Assembly: GCA_041489925.1 (NCBI GenBank) | Contig: JBGPSD010000001.1 | Coordinates: forward strand, 4,930 to 68,929 | DNA from: Candidatus Nanoarchaeia archaeon | GTDB lineage: Archaea > Nanobdellota > Nanobdellia > Woesearchaeales > ARS49 | Direction: 5' to 3' | Length of the DNA: 64,000 bases | Shown here: piece after piece, positions 40,203 through 47,920 of the stretch | How the letters are laid out: the number at the start of each line of letters is the position of its first letter | Numbering within the stretch: position 1 is the first letter of the stretch | Made by a program: the position numbers and the translations under genes | The notes under the pieces: generated by a model | The model's input: only the letters and a program-made list of their open reading frames with translations | Database searches by the model: none | What the model was told of the DNA's origin: nothing

Positions 40203-40269
40203 GGCAAAGTGAAAACGAGGGCAGGTATAAAAAGTTTTCCAATACCCTATTTTGTCCTCTTTTCTGCTG

Positions 40270-40725
40270 TTTTTGGGACGGTCCCAGGACCTTCCCATGA
40301 CGTTCCCAGGACTGTTTTGGGACTATCAGCTGCCTTTTGGGAACGTTTTATCGTCGGTAAAACGTCATTCCCACATTCCCACTTGGGACTATCTGGGAAT
40401 GAGCTGAGACGGAGGCGGGAATATCCTGGGAATGAGTGGGAATGATATGGGAATATCCATCGTCGGAAGGGCATTACCTCCTGGGACTATCTGGGAATGA
40501 GAATGAAGTATTGGGAATGAAGCAATACGGATACGGGACTGCTGCGAAAAAGTTTGGGAATGGGAACGAGATTGGGAACGTTCCCAGCTGGGACTATCTG
40601 GGAATGAGAATGGGACTGGGAACGTCGACAATGAGCACATTGTCGAGCGTGCTCGCCAACTCCGTTGGCGACATGATATTGGGACAGTCCCAGTGGGAAC
40701 GAGAGTGGGAATGACTGGGAATGAG
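40270..40725. repeat. dense strand-biased array of GGGAAT/GGGAAC/GGGACT motifs with three perfect 20-bp direct repeats
   Basis: tgggactatctgggaatgag at 40384, 40482 and 40589; CTGGGAATGAG at 40393, 40426, 40491, 40598 and 40714; about 24 GGGA(A/C) on + and about 8 inverted. Confidence 0.9.
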
Positions 40726-41142
40726 GCAGTGGTGCCATATAATATAGTGCGACAAGAATGTCATATGTCATAGCAGGGCAGGTCTAACCATTGCCAAGCC
40801 TAGGGCAGGAGGGGAGCAGAACAGGCCTTCAGGAAGGTTTACTGGTGCCTAATGCTGGTGCCTAAGAACCAATAAAACACATGGTGCCTATGTGCTTCAA
40901 AGTGAGGCTTTCTGAAGGGCAAAGGAGGGTCAAAAAGGGTAACCTTGTGAGTGAAAAGTGAGAGTTCAGAAAGGGTTTTGGATAGGTTAGGCACCATCTA
41001 AAACTAGTGCTTTTGGCCAAAAGTGAGCAATTCGGGATAGCAAAAGGGTTAAATATAGGGGTTCTATTCATCAAAAGTGAGGCGATGCCAAACAGCGTTC
41101 GGCAAGCCATCAAAATGCAAGCATTTTGAGGCGAATGAGTAT

Positions 41143-41835
41143 ATGATGAACCCAAACGACAATCCTTGGTTTTACGCACCAGAACTGCCCCAGACGGGCG
41201 AAATAGTGCTTGACCCAGAAGAAGTTAGGCACCTGAAGGCTCAAAGGCTAAAAACAAAGGATAAAGTGAGCTTGTTCAATGGCAAGGGCACAGTGGCTAT
41301 AGCAGAGCTGATGGAAGAGGGCAAGGCAAGGCTTCTGGAAAGCCATGAAGTTGCCAAAAGCGAGTTTTCCCTTGCAATAGCAGTTGCAGTGCCAAAAGGA
41401 GACCGCGCTGACTGGATGCTCCAAAAGCTCACAGAACTCGGCGTATCTACGATAATCCCCATTAAAACAGAGCATTCTGTAGTGCTTCCACGCGAGGCAA
41501 AGCAGGAGCGCTGGCAAAGAATCCTGATAGAGGCCTGCAAGCAAAGCAAGCAGGCCTGGATACCTGAACTTAAACCCTTATCGACGATAGAAGAGGCTCT
41601 GAAGCAGGACGCAAAACTGAAGCTTCTGCTTGACCAGGAAGGCAAGCCAATACTTGAAGCTCTTCAGGAAAAGCCAAAGAGCGCCATTGCCTTTATCGGG
41701 CCAGAAGGGGGCTTTACCGACGGGGAAAAGGCAATCCTGAATAAGGCAGGCTGTATTCCTGCCTCATTAGGAAAGCAGGTTCTAAGGATTGAAACCGCAG
41801 CAATGACAATAGCTGCACTGGTCAATATTCTCTAG
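41143..41835 (+). CDS. rsmE: 16S rRNA (uracil1498-N3)-methyltransferase RsmE-like (SPOUT)
   Basis: PUA-like N-domain; AVPKGDRADWMLQKLTELGV; RWQRILIEACKQS; LGKQVLRIETAA. Confidence 0.75.
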   Translation: MMNPNDNPWFYAPELPQTGEIVLDPEEVRHLKAQRLKTKDKVSLFNGKGTVAIAELMEEGKARLLESHEVAKSEFSLAIAVAVPKGDRADWMLQKLTELGVSTIIPIKTEHSVVLPREAKQERWQRILIEACKQSKQAWIPELKPLSTIEEALKQDAKLKLLLDQEGKPILEALQEKPKSAIAFIGPEGGFTDGEKAILNKAGCIPASLGKQVLRIETAAMTIAALVNIL

Positions 41836-41875
41836 AAATAATAAAAAACAGAAAAAATCCGCCTTGTCGGCGGGA

Positions 41876-42241
41876 TTAAACGTCAGGATTGAAAGCCAAG
41901 CCTGAAGGCGACATAACACATGCGCCGTTCACACAGCCGTTTACGCACCTTTGTGGGTTGGTATACATGGCTCCGTCCCTGCAGTAGTACTCAATAAGCT
42001 TTGGACCAGCGCCTGAAACCGCGTTGTTGTTATTGTCAGCGCAGGTGTCTGTAAATGGGCTGCCTGCATACGTCGTGGTTCCCCTTGTGAAAAAGTCCAT
42101 GTCCCGCTCGGTGTCTGTGCAAACATAGCTTGCCACAGTATTTCCTGTTGCCTTGCCGGTAAACAGCAAAATCATTCCGACCAGCGCGATGACCGCAACA
42201 AGCCCGAGAATGACCAATTCCACTGAAGCTTTTTTGTTCAT
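41876..42241 (-). CDS. small Cys-rich protein with class III (pilin-type)-like signal peptide, copy 1
   Basis: MNKKASVELVILGLVAVIALVGMILLF; C-domain C.D...C...YYC....C.NGC.NGAC. Confidence 0.6.
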   Translation of the reverse strand: MNKKASVELVILGLVAVIALVGMILLFTGKATGNTVASYVCTDTERDMDFFTRGTTTYAGSPFTDTCADNNNNAVSGAGPKLIEYYCRDGAMYTNPQRCVNGCVNGACVMSPSGLAFNPDV

Positions 42242-42263
42242 AAAATGCACCTCTTTTTTGACT

Positions 42264-42298
42264 GATTTTTTGAAGTTATCGTGTATAAGTATTAAAAC
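42264..42298. repeat. conserved intergenic element (promoter/leader) of the pilin-like tandem genes, copy 1
   Basis: gatttt(t)tgaagttatcgtgtataagtattaaaac also occurs at 42688-42721. Confidence 0.8.
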
Positions 42299-42313
42299 GT
42301 TTCCTTAAAAATC

Positions 42314-42667
42314 CTAAATGCAGGCGCCGTTCATGCAGCCATTGGGGCACGTGTAGATATCAAACTCAAGCTCATTCCCGTTCTGGCAATATCCTTCTGC
42401 AAGGTAAAGCCCTTCTTTAACAAGGTTTCCAGGTCCAGGACTTGAAAGAGTGGGAAAGCGCAAGCAAGTATCCTCAAATGAAGATATTCCCACACCTACT
42501 GAGCCCCTTGACTTGTAGTTTTTACCATTGTCTGAATCAACGCAGCTTGTAGCCATCGCGTTTCCTGTTACAGCACCCTTGCCTGTGAAAAGCAGTATGA
42601 GCCCGACAAGAGCAATAACTGCTACAGTGCCAAGAATAACCAATGCAATTGAGCCTTTCTTATTCAC
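42314..42667 (-). CDS. small Cys-rich protein with class III-like signal peptide, copy 2 (GTG start)
   Basis: (M)NKKGSIALVILGTVAVIALVGLILLF; SCVDSDNG...YCQNG...CPNGCMNGACI; SD GAGGT 8 nt upstream of GTG. Confidence 0.6.
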   Translation of the reverse strand: MNKKGSIALVILGTVAVIALVGLILLFTGKGAVTGNAMATSCVDSDNGKNYKSRGSVGVGISSFEDTCLRFPTLSSPGPGNLVKEGLYLAEGYCQNGNELEFDIYTCPNGCMNGACI

Positions 42668-42687
42668 GATAAGCAACCTCTTTTAAG

Positions 42688-42721
42688 GATTTTTGAAGTT
42701 ATCGTGTATAAGTATTAAAAC
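42688..42721. repeat. conserved intergenic element, copy 2
   Basis: Identical apart from one T to 42264-42298; 423 bp offset. Confidence 0.8.
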
Positions 42722-42722
42722 C

Positions 42723-43061
42723 TTACTGCAAGAACTTGCTAGACCTGCATACAGCGTCTACGCAGAAACGCGGGCATCGGTAATAGATTTTCTTCATCTT
42801 GTTGTCTTTGCAGATAAATTCCCACAAGCCATCGCCGCTTGGAGCCTCTGAGCCGTGGGCATTAACGCAGGTGTCAACATAAGGGCGGTCAAGTGAATAA
42901 ACAGTGCCCTTTACAGTGAAATTCAGCCCATTATCAGTGTCAATGCAAAAAGGCTCTGCTGCCTTGCCTGTCATTCCTGAGAAAAGCAAAACAAGCCCTG
43001 CCAGCGCCATAACCGCGACTATGCCGAGAATAACCAGCTCAACAGACGCGTTCTTGTTCAT
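42723..43061 (-). CDS. small Cys-rich protein with class III-like signal peptide, copy 3
   Basis: MNKNASVELVILGIVAVMALAGLVLLF; FCIDTDNG...FICKD...CPRFCVDAVC. Confidence 0.6.
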   Translation of the reverse strand: MNKNASVELVILGIVAVMALAGLVLLFSGMTGKAAEPFCIDTDNGLNFTVKGTVYSLDRPYVDTCVNAHGSEAPSGDGLWEFICKDNKMKKIYYRCPRFCVDAVCRSSKFLQ

Positions 43062-43180
43062 CGCATGAATTCAAATGCCAAATCCGTATATAATCTTTTC
43101 CACACGCAAGCTAGCGGTCAGCAAAGCTGACTAAGGTTGCTTGCGCAACCTTTTTAAACACTCCACTATCCCTCCTTATT

Positions 43181-43453
43181 ATGGACGTAAAGATTCTTGA
43201 GGAAAAGAAGAGCAGGCTTGTTTTCAACATTGAGGGAGACGGCTCGACAATCGCAAACATGCTAAAGAAAGAGCTGTGGAATGACGAGCACGTCAAGGTA
43301 GCAGGGTTCAATGTTGAGCACCCGCTGATTAACGTGCCGACATTTATTGTTGAGACAGACGGCGCAGACCCCAAGAAGACTGTTTCTGCAGCAATAAAGC
43401 GAATAGCCAAGTCAGTTGAGAAGTTCAAGGACGAAGCAAAGGCGCTGAAGTAG
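43181..43453 (+). CDS. rpoL: DNA-directed RNA polymerase subunit L (Rpo11)
   Basis: EGDGSTIANMLKKELWNDEHVKVAGFNVEHPL. Confidence 0.85.
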   Translation: MDVKILEEKKSRLVFNIEGDGSTIANMLKKELWNDEHVKVAGFNVEHPLINVPTFIVETDGADPKKTVSAAIKRIAKSVEKFKDEAKALK

Positions 43454-43504
43454 TCCTTATCGCCACATCTAAGCATTATAAACTGACAAAAGATAATACT
43501 CCTT

Positions 43505-43804
43505 ATGCTTTACTGGACAAAGACCTTGATAACCTGCGGCGTGGCAGGACTGATAGGAGCATATGCAGGAACGTATTTGACCTTCCAGCGTTCAGAGCAG
43601 GCAAAAAAAGAGCTTGCAGAACTGATAATTGCGCAAAAACCAGACAAAACACACATTCTTGACATTAATGAAGACTGGATTCCTGACGTTGTAATGCAGA
43701 AAAACGGAAAATACATGACATTTCTCGGGCAGAGAGACGGCAGCTTCAAACAGATAAGCGACTCAACAATTGAGCAGAAAATAAAAGAATTATCAAAAAG
43801 ATAA
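43505..43804 (+). CDS. small N-terminally anchored protein with FG-GAP-like DINEDWIPDVV motif
   Basis: 99-aa ORF, one TM. Confidence 0.45.
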   Translation: MLYWTKTLITCGVAGLIGAYAGTYLTFQRSEQAKKELAELIIAQKPDKTHILDINEDWIPDVVMQKNGKYMTFLGQRDGSFKQISDSTIEQKIKELSKR

Positions 43805-43857
43805 GTTTTTCTCATCCTAAAACTTTATATAGTGCCTAAGGACTTCTTTGTTTTACG

Positions 43858-44382
43858 ATGGGCGGGTTTGTACGAATCAAGAAAATCAAAGGAAGCGAAT
43901 ACGGCTATCTTGTTGAGAATACCTGGACTGCAAAAGGCTCAAGGCAGAAAGTCAAGGCATATCTTGGCAAGATTATCAAGCCAGTCAAATCAGCAGAGCT
44001 TCCTGCGCCTGAACTGAAAGAAACTTCTTATTCTGATGCAGTAAGGGCAGTCGCAAAATGGACACTTTTGCAGTACGGCTTCCAGGAAGGCTCGCAAAGT
44101 ATGCTGATGCAGGGAACTGTTCTTGCAGACCTTGCTGAGCTGAAAGTAATCAACCGGACAAACCCTGCTGTAATCGCAATGCACGAAGGATTCCTCTGCC
44201 AGCACACCCTGCAGCAGGCAGTCGGGTTCATACCATCAGGAAACACAGAAGAAATAGTTGGAAAAGAGCTCGCAAATGTGCTGCTTGAAGCAGGATTATC
44301 TGTTCCTCACGAAATTTTTGTCCAGATTTTTGAAAAAATTCACAATACTTATAAACAAAATATTAATCCAGAGACGCAATGA
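43858..44382 (+). CDS. hypothetical protein
   Basis: 174-aa ORF; 4-nt overlap with uppS; upstream TAGTGCCTAAG motif at 43830-43840. Confidence 0.5.
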   Translation: MGGFVRIKKIKGSEYGYLVENTWTAKGSRQKVKAYLGKIIKPVKSAELPAPELKETSYSDAVRAVAKWTLLQYGFQEGSQSMLMQGTVLADLAELKVINRTNPAVIAMHEGFLCQHTLQQAVGFIPSGNTEEIVGKELANVLLEAGLSVPHEIFVQIFEKIHNTYKQNINPETQ

Positions 44383-45092
44383 TTCCTGAAAAAGTCCCAA
44401 GGCACATCGGAGTTATCCTTGACGGAAACAGAAGGTTTGCGAAAAAACTGATGATGAAGCCGTGGATGGGGCACGACTGGGGTGCGAAAAAAATCAGGCA
44501 GTTCCTTGACTGGAGCCGGGAGCTCGGAGTGCAGGAAGTAACCGCATACTGCTTCTCAATGCAGAACTTCAACAGGCCAAAAGACGAGTTTGACTTCCTG
44601 ATGGACACCTTTGACAAGGAATTTACCGCGCTTTCCACACCTGAGCAAGTTGAGGAATTGAGGAAAAACGGGGTCAGGATCAATTTCATCGGCAGGATTG
44701 GGATGTTCCCAGAGAATATCCAGAAGGGAATGAGAACGTTAATGGGACTGACAAAGGAAAACAAGCCGTTCGTGGCCAACTTCGCGATGGCATACGGCGG
44801 CCGTGAGGAAGTTATTGACGCCGCAAAGAAGCTTGGAGAGGACATAAAGGCAGGAAAAGTTGACATTGAAAAGCTGAATGAAGAGGTATTTGGCAAGTAT
44901 TTGTATCTTAAATCAGAGCCTGACCTGATAATCAGGACAGGCGGGGAGCACAGGACAAGCAACTTCCTAATCTGGCAGAGCTATTACAGCGAGTGGTTCT
45001 TCGTAGACAAAACCTGGCCTGAGATGGAAAAGGAAGACCTGGTAAAAGTGATTCAGGAATTCTCGCAAAGGGAAAGAAGGTTTGGGAAGTAA
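44379..45092 (+). CDS. uppS: cis-prenyltransferase (undecaprenyl-diphosphate synthase family)
   Basis: HIGVILDGNRRFA; RTGGEHRTSNFLIWQ. Confidence 0.9.
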   Translation: MIPEKVPRHIGVILDGNRRFAKKLMMKPWMGHDWGAKKIRQFLDWSRELGVQEVTAYCFSMQNFNRPKDEFDFLMDTFDKEFTALSTPEQVEELRKNGVRINFIGRIGMFPENIQKGMRTLMGLTKENKPFVANFAMAYGGREEVIDAAKKLGEDIKAGKVDIEKLNEEVFGKYLYLKSEPDLIIRTGGEHRTSNFLIWQSYYSEWFFVDKTWPEMEKEDLVKVIQEFSQRERRFGK

Positions 45093-45126
45093 GAATTCTA
45101 AAACATAAAGAAAAAGAAGTAAAAAT

Positions 45127-45468
45127 TTACCTTGTTCCGCAGCCGAAGTTGAAGTTCAGTATCGGTTGTCCGCCGCAGATTGACTCAAGCATTGTCCTGC
45201 AGGTTGTTTCTGCGTCTGCAATCTTTGCATCCACAGTCGGATAAGCCCTGACAACCTCGCTGCTGTATGCGCATACTCCGTCACATCCGCAGGCATATCC
45301 GCCAGCCCTTTCAATGCGGAATGGCTCTGATGTTGGGAATGTGTCCCTTGTCATCGGCCCTGTTGCCTCGCCGGTAATCTTGCCGGAGAAAATCAGGATA
45401 AGCCCGACAAGCGCCAGCACAGCGACCAAGCCCAGAATGATAAGCTCAATCGAACCTCTTTTGTTCAT
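45127..45468 (-). CDS. small Cys-rich protein with class III-like signal peptide, dispersed copy 4
   Basis: MNKRGSIELIILGLVAVLALVGLILIF; 6 Cys in the C-domain; TATA ctttatatac and SD gaggtg upstream. Confidence 0.6.
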   Translation of the reverse strand: MNKRGSIELIILGLVAVLALVGLILIFSGKITGEATGPMTRDTFPTSEPFRIERAGGYACGCDGVCAYSSEVVRAYPTVDAKIADAETTCRTMLESICGGQPILNFNFGCGTR

Positions 45469-45571
45469 AATACACCTCTTATGTTTTTTAAACAGATTGC
45501 GAAACCACGTATATAAAGTTTGCCCTCCTGATGCGAAAGCTATAAATACTTGTTTCTACTTCGCAAGAGTT

Positions 45572-46012
45572 ATGAGGAAAGTGATTGTTTTGGCAGTGAT
45601 TACGATGCTTGTTCTTTTGGCAGCTTGTGGCGGAAACCAGATGAAGGCAAAGCCATTGAGCGCAAGGACACCGACAGCAGCAGCAGTCAACGAGGCAGCA
45701 GCACCTGCACCCACTCCTCAGCCAACTCCTGCGCAGGATTCAGGCGTGTCAGCAGCAGACGCTCTTAAGGAGCTTCAACAGCAGATGAAGAACGTTACTA
45801 TTTCAACAGGCCCCAAGGTGGCAACAACAGGGATGCCTCCGGCACCCACAGGAGTAACAGGTAAGGACGCACTTCTTGCAAGGACTCACGACTATATGAC
45901 TCAGAGCACAGGAGTAACTGGCGTGACAGATGTCATTACAACCTTCCCGAACTACCACGACGAGTCCAACCTGCCCACGGAATACCAGCAGGGCGGACAG
46001 TACGACAACTGA
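45572..46012 (+). CDS. putative lipoprotein with Ala/Pro-rich linker
   Basis: MRKVIVLAVITMLVLLAAC lipobox; TATA tataaata about 30 nt upstream. Confidence 0.55.
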   Translation: MRKVIVLAVITMLVLLAACGGNQMKAKPLSARTPTAAAVNEAAAPAPTPQPTPAQDSGVSAADALKELQQQMKNVTISTGPKVATTGMPPAPTGVTGKDALLARTHDYMTQSTGVTGVTDVITTFPNYHDESNLPTEYQQGGQYDN

Positions 46013-46115
46013 TTTTCAGGATTCTTATCTACGCATTTGCAGATAGCGCTGCAAATCTTTATAATGACCATCAAGGTTACTTTCTATACAGAGAAAAAGA
46101 AGGCAGTGATGCAAA

Positions 46116-47171
46116 ATGCCATTTGACCCGCGAAAGCACATCATAAGACCTCCTGCAGCAGGTGCACCTCAGCCGCCAAGGCCATACCTACCGCAAAAGC
46201 CGGCAAAAGTGGTATTGCCCGGCAATTCTTCGCGCCGTCTTGCTGCTGTTCCAGGCAAGATTGACGTTGTCCCATTCACAGAATTCCCTGATATTGTTGT
46301 GCTGAACTTTTCCCAGTATGAAGGAATTATGCCCCTTCTAAAAAGGCACATTTGCGCACGTTCTGAGCTGGAGGATGCAGTCAACAATATAATCCTCAAT
46401 TTGCTTGTCAATTCACCGCAAAAAGTTGTAAAGCCTGGAAAACTGGATTATAATCACTTTGAGAAACAGTACAACCACGACCAGCTGATGGGATATTTGA
46501 ATACAATCACCTGCATTGATGTGGTTTTCAGCAAGTCCCCTTCAAAGATTGGAAATTTCACAAGAAAAGAGACATATCTTATTGAGAAAATCCAGGATGC
46601 AGAACGCCCATTGAAAGGAAAATACCATCTTGCATACATAGACGACAACTACAGGGATTCGTTTGCCAAAGCTGTTGAACACAAAAAAGAACAAATCAGG
46701 GAAGCTCTACTGGAACCATATGTATCACAAATGGAGACCATCGAATGCGAAATAGAAAGAAAGGTCAAAGAAATGGGCGAGGCAGGACTGAAAGAATACG
46801 AATTTGTGGAAAACACACTCCATAACATTTTGCGCGTAGAGGCACAAGGAATCGATGATGCAAGGGGAGAACAACAAATACTTGAAGCGATAAAATACAT
46901 GCAATCCAAGCAACCACCAGGGCCTTTTGATGGAAAAATCATTGACCTGCTGAATATCGCACACCACTGCTACCGGATCCAGCGCAGCCAATCACCAGAA
47001 GTAGAGGCAGAAATGCGCAAAATCCCAAGCTATGAGCAAATTCTTGAAAGCGTTGCGTCATGCCTGGAGCCAAAAGGGGTATTAATCCTAAACCCTGCAC
47101 AGGAACGCACTTTCCAGGGGCTCAAATACCTCGGCAATTTCGGCAAGGTCGGGATGTATCAGAAGGTGTGA
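46116..47171 (+). CDS. hypothetical protein
   Basis: 351-aa ORF, Pro-rich N-terminus; no motif recognised. Confidence 0.55.
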   Translation: MPFDPRKHIIRPPAAGAPQPPRPYLPQKPAKVVLPGNSSRRLAAVPGKIDVVPFTEFPDIVVLNFSQYEGIMPLLKRHICARSELEDAVNNIILNLLVNSPQKVVKPGKLDYNHFEKQYNHDQLMGYLNTITCIDVVFSKSPSKIGNFTRKETYLIEKIQDAERPLKGKYHLAYIDDNYRDSFAKAVEHKKEQIREALLEPYVSQMETIECEIERKVKEMGEAGLKEYEFVENTLHNILRVEAQGIDDARGEQQILEAIKYMQSKQPPGPFDGKIIDLLNIAHHCYRIQRSQSPEVEAEMRKIPSYEQILESVASCLEPKGVLILNPAQERTFQGLKYLGNFGKVGMYQKV

Positions 47172-47173
47172 AT

Positions 47174-47803
47174 TTATCTGGCATAAGCAGGCTTGGGCTT
47201 GAAGCCGAAAAGGCGGCCGAAAAATGACCCGCGTTCCTTTGCGCCCTTGGGTTCAGGGGCAAGCGCAAACTGCAAATCCTTTGCTTTCTCAATATCTTCA
47301 ACTATGAGCTTTGTCAAAGAAACAATTTCAACATCCATCATCAAGGCGTTTATTAATCCTTCAACTTCTGAAGCATCAGGGTATGGTTTTGCCGTGCATC
47401 GCAAGAATGCCTGAAGGTAAGTTTTGACTTTGGGGATTAATTTGTTTGCATACGATTTGGCGCTGTCCAGTGATGCTGAAAGCTGTGACGTACCATATGA
47501 AGTCAGGTTCCTGCTTTGGGCGGATTTTGGCAGGCTCATAAACCACTTGAGCATTACATCGCACTCCGCAAGAACATTATTCAGCGAACCAACAAACTGA
47601 TTCAAAAGGCCGATAAGCAAAGTGCATTCTTTTTTCAGGCGTTCGCGCTGTCCTGTAACATATCCCTCACCAACCCCTGCAGCAAATGCTCCTTTCAAAC
47701 CCATAGTTGCTGTTTGTGTCCGCTTAACAGCATCCTCAATCAAGCCGAGCTGACGAAGCAGGTCTTTGTGGTGCATCTGTGCCATATCCGCATTTGAGAA
47801 CAA
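47174..47803 (-). CDS. hypothetical helical protein
   Basis: 209-aa ORF convergent with 46116-47171. Confidence 0.5.
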   Translation of the reverse strand: MFSNADMAQMHHKDLLRQLGLIEDAVKRTQTATMGLKGAFAAGVGEGYVTGQRERLKKECTLLIGLLNQFVGSLNNVLAECDVMLKWFMSLPKSAQSRNLTSYGTSQLSASLDSAKSYANKLIPKVKTYLQAFLRCTAKPYPDASEVEGLINALMMDVEIVSLTKLIVEDIEKAKDLQFALAPEPKGAKERGSFFGRLFGFKPKPAYAR

Positions 47804-47882
47804 TTCAACTATTAAAATGCTTTGACAATACTCGCAGTATCAGAAAGTTTTATAAACACCCCCCTGTGAGCCAGAGTTACTT

Positions 47883-47913
47883 CCCGCAGACTACTCTTAA
47901 TTGAGTAGGAGGG
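47883..47913 (+). promoter_or_regulatory. hairpin with asymmetric internal loop that sequesters the rpl1 SD
   Basis: ccc gcaga ctactc ttaatt gagtag ga ggg; the 3' arm contains the aggaggg SD 8 nt before ATG 47921. Confidence 0.4.
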
Positions 47914-47920
47914 TCGAATA

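Noticed and set aside
40270-40725. GGGAAT repeat region as a CRISPR array, with 23897-24751 as its Cas4
   Set aside because: The repeats are 20-24 bp with 98-107 bp irregular spacing and only three exact copies, and the intervening sequence is full of the same short motif. No cas1/cas2/effector genes are present, and the Cas4-like nuclease is 16 kb away in an unrelated operon.
40209-40771. ORFs 40209-40445, 40389-40640, 40436-40714 and 40487-40771 within the repeat array
   Set aside because: Their peptides are periodic (LGLSGNE, SHSQ, FP) because they translate the DNA repeat. They overlap one another on both strands, and no start context is visible.
43111-44962. Minus-strand ORFs 43111-43476 (121 aa), 43510-43815 (101 aa) and 44363-44962 (199 aa)
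   Set aside because: They are antisense to rpoL, the 99-aa anchored protein and uppS respectively. The sense genes have clear family motifs or better start contexts.
45314-45571. N-terminal 86 codons of ORF 45314-46012
   Set aside because: This part overlaps the opposite-strand pilin-like gene and its promoter. An internal ATG at 45572 gives a classic lipoprotein signal with a TATA box upstream, so the shorter gene is preferred.
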